This document shows positions 1-9,196 of a stretch of 64,000 bases of DNA, one piece after another. Below the pieces are notes generated by a model that saw nothing but the letters and a program-made list of their open reading frames with translations, was not told the origin of the DNA and ran no database searches. Source of the DNA: an uncultured Coriobacteriia bacterium (GTDB lineage Bacteria; Actinomycetota; Coriobacteriia; Anaerosomatales; PHET01). Where the stretch lies: contig CAVVUM010000008.1 of NCBI GenBank assembly GCA_963751505.1, positions 31,475-95,474 on the forward strand, written 5' to 3'. Position 1 is the stretch's first letter; every line of letters starts with the position of its first letter. The translations under genes and the position numbers were made by a program.

Positions 1-35
1 TCACCGTCGCCGGCTGGCGCGCCGAGGCGTGAGGC

Positions 36-761
36 CTAGGCGCTCGGCTCCGCCTTCACGGCCTCGGTGACCTACGGCCCCATCGATCGCCGAATACGTC
101 CCCGAGTACTGCACGAGCCCGATGCGCGACTCGCGACCGACGGTGGCGTTGCCTGCGCTGATGACGTTCGCGCTGGTGTGCTCGGCCCAGACCTCGCTCG
201 CGCGGATCGACTCGGCGGTGAAGCGCTTGTCTGCCCAGAAGATCACGCTGCGGCGAACGAGCCCGGCGCGCGCAGGGTCACTCGGCTCGCCTCGACCGAC
301 TTCACCTTCGAGGGACCGTAGACCATGAGGTCGAACGAGTCCGCATTGACCGCGCCGGCATCGAGCGTGCCCTCGCCTCTCAGCGAGCCCGTGGTGAGGT
401 CGCCGCGAACCCGCATGACGCCCTTGAGCTCGATGTCGTGCGCCGCAACACCGCCGTCGACGGTGAGGTTCCCGCGCACGACGAGGTTGCCGACGCCGAG
501 GCCTGCCCGCACGCTCGCGTCGCCGTTGACGCTCATCTCGCTCACCTGCACAGGGCCCTCGAAGGTGCCCGTGCCGTTCACATTCACGGTCGCGGCCTTC
601 ACCGCGCCCACGCATGTCGCAACGCCGTTGACGCGCAGCAGGGTGCACACGACGTCGCCGCTCACGGTGCCCGTGCCGTTGATCGACACATTCTCGTAGG
701 TCCCGGCCGCGACCGTTCCGCCGCCGTTGATGGTGATGTCGTTGCGCGGTGTGTCCGCCAT
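36..761 (-). CDS. bactofilin-family polymer-forming cytoskeletal protein (YhbE/YhbF-like); frame-broken as given
   Basis: ORF 243..761 gives beta-helix-type repeats 'ITINGGGTVAAGTYENVSINGTGTVSGDV..VNVNGTGTFEGPV..MSVNGDASV'. The continuation 'VIFWADKRFTAESIRASEVWAEHTSANVISAGNATV' is in the 1..912 frame. A GC3-rich tail 'VTEAVKAEPSA*' (stop 36..38) is in the third frame. Confidence 0.55.
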
Positions 762-779
762 GACTCCTCCTGTCGTCGC

Positions 780-1283
780 CTACGCGAGCACGAGCCGGTA
801 GTAGAACGCCCAGCCGAGCAAAGCGAGGCCGAGCGGGACGCATACGAGCGCCCACACCCGCTCGCGTCTTACGAACTGGTCGATACCCATTCGGTCGCTG
901 ACGCGACGCCATGCCACACCATTGGCGCGCTTGGCGAAGAACGCCTGGAACGCGAGGGTCAACACGGCGACAAGGACCGCGCCGATGCGAGCGATGCCGC
1001 CCCGCGACGCAGCAGCGATGGCACTATCGGCAAACAGCCAGATCGGCAGGAAGATCGCGCCCACCCACTGCCCGTGTGCGGGACCCCAGACAGGCGGCAG
1101 CGCGAAGGCGCCGATGTTGAAGCGTGGCAGCTGCGGGAGCGGCTCGTCGGCGTCGAGCGGGATCGCGCCAGACAGCGCTGCTGCGGGGTGCCCGACCGGG
1201 CACGTGCCGTCCGGCTCTGGGCTCGACCATCCGGTCGCACACCACGCAGTACGCTGCGGAGCGAAGAGTGAAGCGCGCCGCAT
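780..1283 (-). CDS. hypothetical integral membrane protein
   Basis: The ORF has three hydrophobic segments: GAIFLPIWLFADSAIAAA, IARIGAVLVAVLTLAFQAFFA and VWALVCVPLGLALLGWAFYY. It ends 18 nt upstream of the bactofilin-like gene on the same strand. No family is recognised and the start is uncertain. Confidence 0.4.
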   Translation of the reverse strand: MRRASLFAPQRTAWCATGWSSPEPDGTCPVGHPAAALSGAIPLDADEPLPQLPRFNIGAFALPPVWGPAHGQWVGAIFLPIWLFADSAIAAASRGGIARIGAVLVAVLTLAFQAFFAKRANGVAWRRVSDRMGIDQFVRRERVWALVCVPLGLALLGWAFYYRLVLA

Positions 1284-1339
1284 CCGGGCCGGCGGGCGCG
1301 GGCGATTGCGACGCGTCCGGCTGCGCGCTGTCTGCGGGC

Positions 1340-2098
1340 TCAGCCAAGCAGGCCACCGGCCACCGCAGCGAACACGATCGCCGGCAGCATGTTGCCGACG
1401 GGCAGACGCTTGATGCCGAGCAGGTCGATGCCGATCGCGAGGATCATCGCGCCACCGACAGCCGACATCGAGCTGATGACGCCCGCGGTCATGTACGGCT
1501 GCAGGAAGCTCGCACCGAGCGCGAGTCCGCCTTGGATGACGATGATCGGGATGACCGAGAGCCCGACGCCCACGCCGAGCGTGCTTGCGAGAAACAGCGC
1601 AGCGAATCCGTCGAGCAACGCCTTGACATAGAGCAGCTGGGGGTTGCCCAAGCCACTCTCGATCGAGCCGAGGAAGGTCATCGCACCCACACAGAACAGC
1701 AGCGACGCGGTGACGAAGCCCTCGACGAGCGTGTGGCCCTTCTCGCCGGGCTCATCGGCAGCGGTCTTGGGGGCAGTGGACAGGAAGGGTAGCCCGTACG
1801 AGAGGTCCTGAAGCCAGCGTCCGAACCGCTCGAGCCAGTACTCGATACGCAGTGCCTCGCCGGTCAGCGAACCCGCGATGAGCGAGCCGATGAAGACGAG
1901 GACCGCGTAGTCGCCCATGCCGGTCTTGCCCATGTTGTTGAGGCCACCGATCGACATCGACGCGCCGATGATGCCGGTCGACAGACCGATCGCCAGAAAC
2001 GCGATCGCGCGGAAACGCTCCGAGATCGCCCGGCCGAACGCGAGTCCCACGGCGGTGCCGATGATCACCGCGATCACATTGACGATGACTCCCTGCAC
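1340..2098 (-). CDS. DUF554 family membrane protein (YdfK/YqgA-like)
   Basis: Translation 'VQGVIVNVIAVIIGTAVGLAFG..GLGNPQLLYVKALLDGFAALFLASTLGVGVGLSVIPIIVIQG'. GTG at 2096..2098 is preceded by GGGAG. The longer ORF upstream of it is Arg/Ser-rich and does not look like coding sequence. Confidence 0.7.
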   Translation of the reverse strand: MQGVIVNVIAVIIGTAVGLAFGRAISERFRAIAFLAIGLSTGIIGASMSIGGLNNMGKTGMGDYAVLVFIGSLIAGSLTGEALRIEYWLERFGRWLQDLSYGLPFLSTAPKTAADEPGEKGHTLVEGFVTASLLFCVGAMTFLGSIESGLGNPQLLYVKALLDGFAALFLASTLGVGVGLSVIPIIVIQGGLALGASFLQPYMTAGVISSMSAVGGAMILAIGIDLLGIKRLPVGNMLPAIVFAAVAGGLLG

Positions 2099-2114
2099 GC
2101 CTGCGAGCTCCCTC

Positions 2115-2597
2115 TCAGTCGTCCTCGGACAGCCAGAGCTTCTTGAGCTCCGAGGTGATGTCGTTCGCACCCTTGGGCAGACCACTTTCGCGGTCGATGC
2201 GCCCGCGCTTGGTGCCGCCGCGCTGTCCCTCCGCGCCGTCGAAACACACGGCCGCATCACGATACTCCACCCGACGCACAACGTCCTGGCTCGTCCGGGC
2301 GCGCAAGCGCATATCGTTGGTGACGACTACGACCTGCTCGTGCGCGGCAGCCGCGCGGCGGACGATCTCGGTGTCGGCATCGGCCGCGTACGCGATCTTG
2401 ACGGGCCCGACCGTGTCTGAGGACACCCCGAGGGTGTCGCGCGCATCGAACACGACGACGATGACGCCAGCACCCAGCAGCGACGTGCCACGGGTGGCGA
2501 GCCGAGCCGCCAGAGCGTCTCGCATCGCCTCCTTGCCGAGGTCGCGCGTGGCCGGGTCGGCCATCGTGACGTTGTATCCGTCCACCAGGAACAGCAT
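2115..2597 (-). CDS. NYN-domain (YacP-like) predicted ribonuclease
   Basis: 'MLFLVDGYNVTMADP..VIVVVFDA..VKIAYAADADTEIVRRAAAAHEQVVVVTNDMRLR' matches the YacP/NYN pattern. An internal Met at 2597 was chosen as the start. Confidence 0.6.
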   Translation of the reverse strand: MLFLVDGYNVTMADPATRDLGKEAMRDALAARLATRGTSLLGAGVIVVVFDARDTLGVSSDTVGPVKIAYAADADTEIVRRAAAAHEQVVVVTNDMRLRARTSQDVVRRVEYRDAAVCFDGAEGQRGGTKRGRIDRESGLPKGANDITSELKKLWLSEDD

Positions 2598-2683
2598 GCG
2601 TCCATGGTAGAGCACCGAAGCTTCGGCATCGTTTAGCGGTACATACCAGGCGAACGCCCTCACCCACCGCACGGGAGGTCCTC

Positions 2684-3889
2684 GTGTCGCTCCGCCACCT
2701 GATTGCAGCGACCTGTCTCGCAGCGCTCACGCTCTCCGCCTGCGCCCCTGCGAGCACGCCGACACCGAGCGGCACCGACGGGGCAGCAGCACCCGCGACC
2801 TCGACGACCCAGGCGCCAGAGGCTCCCGTCGGCGGTGCAGTACCGCTTGGCGACATCCAGCTGAGCCTGAAGCCCGTCGCCCGCGGCTTCGACCAGCCGC
2901 TGCTCGTGACCAACGCGCGTGACGGCTCTGGGCGGCTGTTCGTAGTCGAGCAGACCGGCCGCGTGCGCGTCGTGCGTGATGGCCGGGTCTCTCGGCGGGC
3001 ATTCCTCGACGTGAGCGACCGCATCTCGTCCGGCGGCGAGCGCGGTCTGCTCGGGCTGGCCTTCGCGCCCGACTACCGAGATACGGGCCGCCTATACGTG
3101 AACTACACCGACCGCGCCGGCAACACCGTCATCGCCCGCTTCATCGCCGATGACCCCGCCTCCGACACGCCTAAGCTCGTCGGCCCGCAGGTCGTCTTCG
3201 CCGCGAAGCAGCCGTACTCCAACCACAACGGCGGCTGCGTCGAGTTCGCCCCCGACGGCACGCTCTGGGTCGGTATGGGCGACGGTGGCTCGGCCGGAGA
3301 CCCGGCCGGCAACGCGCAGAACCCCGACTCCCTGCTCGGCAAGATGCTGTCGCTGCCGGTAGAGAACCCCGGCGCGGGCAGGGGACGCGTCAAGCCGAAG
3401 ACCGTGGCGATCGGCCTGCGCAACCCGTGGCGCTTTTCGTTCGACCCTGAGGGGCAGGACGTCTGGATCGGCGACGTCGGCCAGGACCTCTGGGAGGAGG
3501 TCGACCTGATCCCGATGGACCAAATCCAGGGCGCGAACTTCGGCTGGGACCTGTGGGAGGGCGACCACCCCTACCCGCCCGAGGCCAAGCCGGCGCGCGA
3601 TGGCTACGTCTTCCCGGTGGTCGAGTATGGCCGCGAGGACGGAGCCTCGGTCACCGGTGGCCACGTCTACCGCGGCGAGCAGTACCCGGCACTCGACGGC
3701 GTCTACTTCTTCGGCGACTTCGTGTCGGGCAAGATCTGGGTCGCTCGCAAGGACTCGAACGGGAAGGTCGAAAGCGTTGTGGCGCTCGCCGACTCGGGTA
3801 TCTCACCCTCGTCGTTCGGCGTCGGCGAGGACCGCGAGCTCTACGTGTGCGACTACAACGGCGCCGTACTGCAGGTCACCACCCGCTAG
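2684..3889 (+). CDS. PQQ-dependent sugar (glucose/sorbosone) dehydrogenase family lipoprotein
   Basis: Intact 401-aa ORF. It has a lipobox 'LTLSAC' and beta-propeller motifs 'GSGRLFVVEQTGRVRVV', 'SNHNGGCVEFAPDGTLWVGMGDGG' and 'GLRNPWRFSFD'. GGGAGG lies 6 nt before the GTG start. Confidence 0.85.
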   Translation: MSLRHLIAATCLAALTLSACAPASTPTPSGTDGAAAPATSTTQAPEAPVGGAVPLGDIQLSLKPVARGFDQPLLVTNARDGSGRLFVVEQTGRVRVVRDGRVSRRAFLDVSDRISSGGERGLLGLAFAPDYRDTGRLYVNYTDRAGNTVIARFIADDPASDTPKLVGPQVVFAAKQPYSNHNGGCVEFAPDGTLWVGMGDGGSAGDPAGNAQNPDSLLGKMLSLPVENPGAGRGRVKPKTVAIGLRNPWRFSFDPEGQDVWIGDVGQDLWEEVDLIPMDQIQGANFGWDLWEGDHPYPPEAKPARDGYVFPVVEYGREDGASVTGGHVYRGEQYPALDGVYFFGDFVSGKIWVARKDSNGKVESVVALADSGISPSSFGVGEDRELYVCDYNGAVLQVTTR

Positions 3890-3911
3890 ACCCGGAAGGA
3901 GCGTTGGCGCG

Positions 3912-4370
3912 ATGCCGTCACCAGGAGAGGTCGCCCCACCGATCAAGGCCGCCATCACGGGCGGAGGCGAGTTCGATCTGGCGGCGCAGAAGGGCCGCTG
4001 GGTGGTCGTGTTCTTCTACGTGCGCGCCAACACCCCCGGTTGAACCCATGAGTCCAAGGACTTCCAGGAGCACCACGGTGACCTGGATGCCTTGAACGCC
4101 CTCGTGGTGGGCGTGAGCGCCGACAAGCCCGAAGTGCAGCAGCGGTTCATCGACAAGTTCGAGCTGACCTTCCCGATGATCTCGGATACCAGCAGGGAGA
4201 TCATCGCGGCCTATGACGCGGCCGAGGTCCTGGGTGTGGCAGCCGTGCGCACGACATACCTGATCGACCCGGACGGCAAGATCGCGCACGTGTGGCCGAA
4301 GGTGAAGGTCGACGGACATGCCGAGGACGTGCTCGGCGAGATCGAGAAGGCAGCAGCCGCGCGGGGCTGA
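3912..4370 (+). CDS. bcp: Bcp-type peroxiredoxin with in-frame TGA (candidate selenocysteine) at the peroxidatic Cys position
   Basis: ORFs 3600..4043 and 4092..4370 are in the same frame, separated only by TGA 4041..4043. The joined product 'VVVFFYVRANTPG[TGA]THESKDFQEHHGDLDALNALVVGVSADKPEVQQRFIDKFELTFPMISD' aligns with E. coli Bcp 'VLVYFYPKAMTPGCTVQAC..VLGISTDKPEKLSRFAEKELLNFTLLSD'. Confidence 0.75.
4041..4087 (+). promoter_or_regulatory. in-frame UGA plus downstream hairpin (candidate bacterial SECIS)
   Basis: TGA lies at 4041..4043. Stem TCCAGG (4063..4068) pairs with CCTGGA (4082..4087), with an inner CAC/GTG extension. The hairpin starts 20 nt after the UGA. Confidence 0.4.
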
Positions 4371-4382
4371 GAGCGCAGCGCG

Positions 4383-5403
4383 CTACAGCGCGGCCAGCAG
4401 CGCATCGACGTCGTCGGCGGTCGTGTCCCACGACGTCACCCAGCGCACGAGCAGGCGCCCGTGCTGCGTCCGGCGTCTCGTCCCACGTGTAGAAGTGGAA
4501 GCGCTCCTCGAGCCCGGGGACGCGCTCGGCGGGTAGCCAGGCGAAGATCTCGTTCGCCTGCGGCTCCTGCGCGAGCTCGACGCCGCGCTCGCGCGCCCCC
4601 GCGGCGAGCCGCACGCCATCGCGTTCGCGTTCGCCGCACACTCGCGCCACAGGTCGTCTTCGAACATCGCGACGAACTGCGCAGCCATGAAGCGCATCTT
4701 GCTTGCGAGCTGCGCCGCCTGCTTGCGCACGTAGGCAAGGTGCTCGACCCGTGCGTCGCCGAATAGCACGACCGCCTCGCCGGCGACCATGCCGTTCTTG
4801 GTGCCGCCGAGCGAGAGCGCGTCGACGCCCGCCTCGCGACTGAGCTCAGCGAGCGAGCAGCCGAGCCCGACCGCCGCGTTGCAGATGCGCGCGCCATCGA
4901 CGTGCAGCAGCATGCCGTGCTCGTGCGCGAGGTCGGCAAGCGCGCGTAGCTCGCGCGGGCGTGTACACGGTGCCGAGTTCGGTCACGTTGCTCACGCTGA
5001 TCAGCCGCGGCTGCGCGTGGTGCTCGAAGCCGAAGCCGCGCAGGTGCGGGCGCACGAGCTCGGGCGTGAGCTTGCCGTCTGGCGTGGCGACCGGAACGAG
5101 CTTGACGTTGCCGATGTGCTCGGGCGCGCCGCACTCGTCCTCGTTGATGTGCGCGGTCTCGGCGCAGATCACGCTCTCCCACGGCCTGCACAGCGCGGCG
5201 AACGAGACGCAGTTCGCGCCCGTGCCGTTGCACACGAAGGCGACGTCGCACTCCTGCCCGAGATGGCCGCGCAGCACGTCGATCGCGCGCGCCGTCCACT
5301 CGTCGTCGCCGTACGCGTGGGCGTGACCGACGTTGGCCGCGACCATCGCCTCGAGCACGGCCGGGTGCGCCCCCGAGTGGTTGTCGCTGCCGAATCCGCG
5401 CAT
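4383..5403 (-). CDS. ltaE: low-specificity L-threonine aldolase (three apparent frame breaks)
   Basis: 'MRGFGSDNHSGAHPAVLEAM..AYGDDEWT..VCNGTGANCVS' is read from ORF 4846..5466. '..LLHVDGARICNA..SLGGTKNGMVAGEAVVLF' and the C-terminus 'VRWVTSWDTTADDVDALLAAL' come from ORF 4383..4913. One internal piece is in ORF 4201..4650. Confidence 0.75.
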
Positions 5404-5405
5404 CG

Positions 5406-6490
5406 CTACTCCGCATCTCCCTCGTCGCCGGGGGCTGCAGCCACCGCTCCGAACAGCCGCTCGCACTCGGCGACGTAGTCCTGCAGCACCTCGGGCAACC
5501 GCTCGACCGGGCCGGGTGCAGGATACGGCGCCGAGTTGTAGGTGTCCCAGAACAGCACGCGCTGACCGGCCAGCGCGCCCTTCTCGGCGTCGTCGAGCAT
5601 CGCCGAGAACGCCTTGCCGGTGTAGGTGGTCTCGAGGTGGAGCCCGGCGCCACGGCGACGCGCACCGCCTCGGTCGTGGCCTCGGTCACGACGCCATAGC
5701 CGGGCTCGAAGAAGTCGTCGCGCAGCACAAGCCGCAGGTCGGCCGGCGCCAGCGCTGGGAACGACGGGTCGAGCGAGCGCAGGAGGGCAACCGTGCCGTC
5801 GGCTAGCCCGTCGGCGACCTGAGAATTGGCGAGCTCGGCCGGCGTGACGCGGATCGCCTCGACGCGAGTCGGTGCGCCGGCGGCCGCGAAGCCGACCGCG
5901 AGCCCGACCGCAGTGCCAAGCGTGCCGGCGGCGACGTAGACGACGTCGGGCGGCGTCCTCGGCGAGCTCGAGTGCGGCGTTCACGTAGCCGAGCGCGCCG
6001 AGCGGGCAGGTCCCGCCCATCGGGATGATGTAGGGCGCGACTCCGTCGCGCTCGACGAGCGCGCGCTTCGCGTGCACGGCCGCGCGTCGGCCGTCCCAGC
6101 CGTCGATGAGGTGGATCTGCGTGCCGAGACCCGCGTGCGCGAGCAGCGTGCGTGCGGCGAACGGGCCGGGCTCCTGCGGCGAGAGCACCGCGTGCGGCTC
6201 GAGGCCCAAGGCCCGCGCGTGAACGGCGGTCGCGAGCGCGTGGTTGCTGCCGTAGGCACCGAAGGTCAGCACCGTCTGCGCGCCCTTCGCGAGCGCGTCG
6301 CCCAGCAGGAAGTCCAGCTTGCGTACCTTGTTCCCGCCGTAGCGCGCCGAGGTCAGATCGTCGCGCTTGACCAGACCTCGGCGACGTCGAGCGCCAGCGC
6401 GAGATGCTCGACCGGTGTCGGCACGTTCGCGACGCCGGCGAGGCGCAGGGACACCGCTCCCGGGTATCGATCGAACAGCGCGACCGTCAC
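5406..6490 (-). CDS. PLP-dependent D-cysteine desulfhydrase / ACC deaminase family enzyme (frame-broken)
   Basis: '..KRDDLTSARYGGNKVRKLDFLLGDALAKGAQTVLTFGAYGSNHALATAVHARALGL..' and the C-terminus 'ETTYTGKAFSAMLDDAEKG' are present. GTG 6488..6490 lies after GAGGGG. The stop is 2 nt before the ltaE start. Confidence 0.7.
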
Positions 6491-6627
6491 GCCCAACTCA
6501 GTCCCCTCTCGTCCGCTGCGCAACCACTCTACTCGATGCCGCGCCGCGGCGTGCCGCTCGCGTCAGCGACTTGCGGTATGTACACTCAAGACGCACCCGA
6601 TCGCCTCGCGCAGAATGGGAGCCCGTC

Positions 6628-7651
6628 GTGGCCGACTACGACCGCCGAGAGTTCGTCCGGTACGCCGCGCTCGGCGCGCTGCTCGCCGGCACGGGTGCAG
6701 CGGGCGGTTGCGCGCGGGCTGCTCGAGTGGTCGGATGCCCAGCGCTCCACCCCCGTGCGCCGCGAGTTCGGCTCCGCGCCCACCGCGACCGCGGAGGCGA
6801 CCGGCTCGGCCGAGCAGTCCGCGGCGCGCCAGCGCCCGCGACCCCCCGCCGTCGACCTCGGCGTACTGCGCGGCGACGACCCGGCGGCCAACGCCGAGCA
6901 GGCGGTCGCGCTGCTCGGCGGCATGGGGCGCTTCGTGAAGCGGGCGACCGCGTCGTCATCAAGCCGAACATCCTCACTGCGCGCGAGCCACAGTACGCGG
7001 CCACCACGAACCCGGCCGTCGTCGCAGCGCTCGTCAGGATGGGCTGGGAGGCGGGCGCGAAGTCGGTGACCGTCTTCGACCGGCCGACCGCACCCCCTCG
7101 GCAGGCGTACCAGGTCTCCGGCATCGCGAACGCGGTCGACAAGGCGGACGGCCGCATGAAGGTGCTCACCGACCGCGACTTCGAGCTCATCGAGATCCCC
7201 GAGGGGCGCGCGCTGACCGAGTGGCCGCTGGTGACCGACGTGTTCGACGCCGACGTCTTCATCAACGTGCCGTGTGCGAAGACACACGGCCTGGCCGGGC
7301 TCACGCTGTCGATGAAGAACCTGATGGGCGTGATGGGCAGCACGCGCGGCATGATCCACCAGGGCTTCGACCAGAAGATCGTCGACGTGAACTCGCTCAT
7401 CAAGCCGCAGCTGACCGTCCTCGACGCGACGCGGCTGCTCGTGCGCAACGGGCCGTCGGGCGGCAGCCTGCCCGACGTGCGGCCGGGCCGCACCGTCGTC
7501 GCGGGCACGAACCAAGTCTCGGTCGACTCGTACGGCGCGACGCTGTTCGGACGCAAGCCGACGAGCCTCGCCTACGTCGAGCTCGCCGAGAGCCAGGGCC
7601 TCGGCACCACGGACCTCGACAAGCTCGTCCATCGAGGAGCGGCGCGCGTGA
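6628..7651 (+). CDS. Tat-signal DUF362 domain protein (frame-broken)
   Basis: Twin-arginine leader 'DYDRREFVRYAALGALLAGTGAAGG'. DUF362-like core 'GDRVVIKPNILTA..NPAVVAALV..VFINVPCAKTHGLAGLTLSMKNLMGV..VLDATRLLVRNGPSGG'. GTG 6628 lies after GGGAG. The middle part is in the 6404..7069 frame. Confidence 0.7.
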
Positions 7652-9175
7652 GCGGGCAGCGCACGCGGGCTCCACCGGTTCCGCCGCTGGTTCCAGGTGG
7701 CGTCGCTCGCGCTCTTCCTGACGCTGCTCACGCTGACGGTCTGGCCGCTCGGCCGCGTCTTCCTCGGCGCCTTCCTCGTCGCCGACCCGCTGATCGCGCT
7801 GAACTCGGCGATCAACGGGGTGTGGTGTCGCCGCTGGTGATCGGGCGGTCGTGATGCTCGCGGCGCCGCTCCTCGTCGGGCGCGCCTTCTGCGGCTACCT
7901 GTGCCCGACGGGCGCGCTCATCGAGTGGCCCTCGCCGAGCCCGGGCTCGGTTCGCGGCTCTCGCCCGGCGCGCGAGCGGCGCTGCGCAGGGCGCCGGTCT
8001 TCGTGCTGCTCGGCGGTCGGCGGGCTCGCGCTCTTCGCGAGCGGGGCGTACCTGTTCTTCGACCCGCTCGCCACGCTCACCCGCTCGGCGACCGTGCTGC
8101 TCTACCCGCTCGTCGACCGGCTGCTCCGGCTCCTCGGCGACGTGCCTACCTCGCGCCGCCGGCGCGCATCCCCGCCGACTACCTCACGAACCTCGCGTCG
8201 GGCCGCCTCATCTTCGGCGCGGCCGCTCGTCTACGGCCTGCAGCTCTTCGTGCTCGGATGGCGCTCGCGATGGTGGGCCTGTCCTGGCTCGAGCCGCGCC
8301 TGTGGTGCCGCCACCTTTGCCCGCTCGGCGCGCTGCTCGGCCTGTCAGGCCGGTTCGCGGTGCTCGGCCGCGTCGTCGACGCCGAGAAGTGCATCGCTGC
8401 GGGAGGTGCGAGAAGGTGTGCCCGCTCGACGCCGTCCGCGACGACTTCCTCGCCACCGACACCTCGCGCTGCCAGCTCGGGCTCGAGTGCGCCGACGTCT
8501 GCCCGACCGGCGCGATCTCGTTCGGGCGGCGCCCGGCACGCTCGGCGTACCGCCGTCTCGGCGAGCGCGCTCTCGCGGGAGGGCGGTCGCTCTCGCGGCC
8601 GGCTTCTTCGCCTTCACAGGGCTCGCCCGCGCCAAGCGCGACCCTCGGCTGATCCGTCCGCCCGGGCGGACGGCGCCGAAAGCGAGCTGCTCGCGCTGTG
8701 CAGCCGGTGCGGGCAGTGCATGAAGGTGTGCCCGACCAACGTCCTCCAGCCGGCCGTCGGCCAGGCCGGGGTCGAGGGCCTGTTCACTCCGCGCATGGAC
8801 TACCAGGTCGGTCAGTGCGAGTGGTCGTGCAACGAGTGCGGCAAGGTGTGCCCGACCGGCGCGATCATGCCGCTCACTCTCGCGGCCAAGCGCAAGACGG
8901 TCATCGGCCGCGCCTACATCGACAAGAACCGCTGCATCCCGTGGGCGGACGACAGACCTGCCTCGTCTGCCAAGAGCTGTGCCCGGTGCCCGAGAAGGCG
9001 ATCGTGATCGACGAGGCCGAGATCGCGACCGCCGACGGGCGCCAGGTGATACTCGGCCGGCCGGAGGTCATCGCCGAGCGCTGCATCGGCTGCGGCGTGT
9101 GCGAGCACGTGTGCCCGGTGCCGCACGAGTCCGCGATCGCAGTGTATGCGACCGAGCCGAACGAGCGAGGAGTGA
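7648..9175 (+). CDS. membrane-bound polyferredoxin (NapH/MauN-like 4Fe-4S protein); many frame breaks, 3' end uncertain
   Basis: TM segment 'RRWFQVASLALFLTLLTLTVWPL'. CX3CP motifs 'FCGYLCPTG' and 'WCRHLCPLG'. Ferredoxin motifs 'CSRCGQCMKVCP', 'CNECGKVCPTGA', 'CLVCQELCP' and 'CIGCGVCEHVCP'. GTG 7648 overlaps a TGA at 7649..7651 (GTGA). Confidence 0.6.
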
Positions 9176-9196
9176 GGCGCCGGCAGCTCGCTGACC

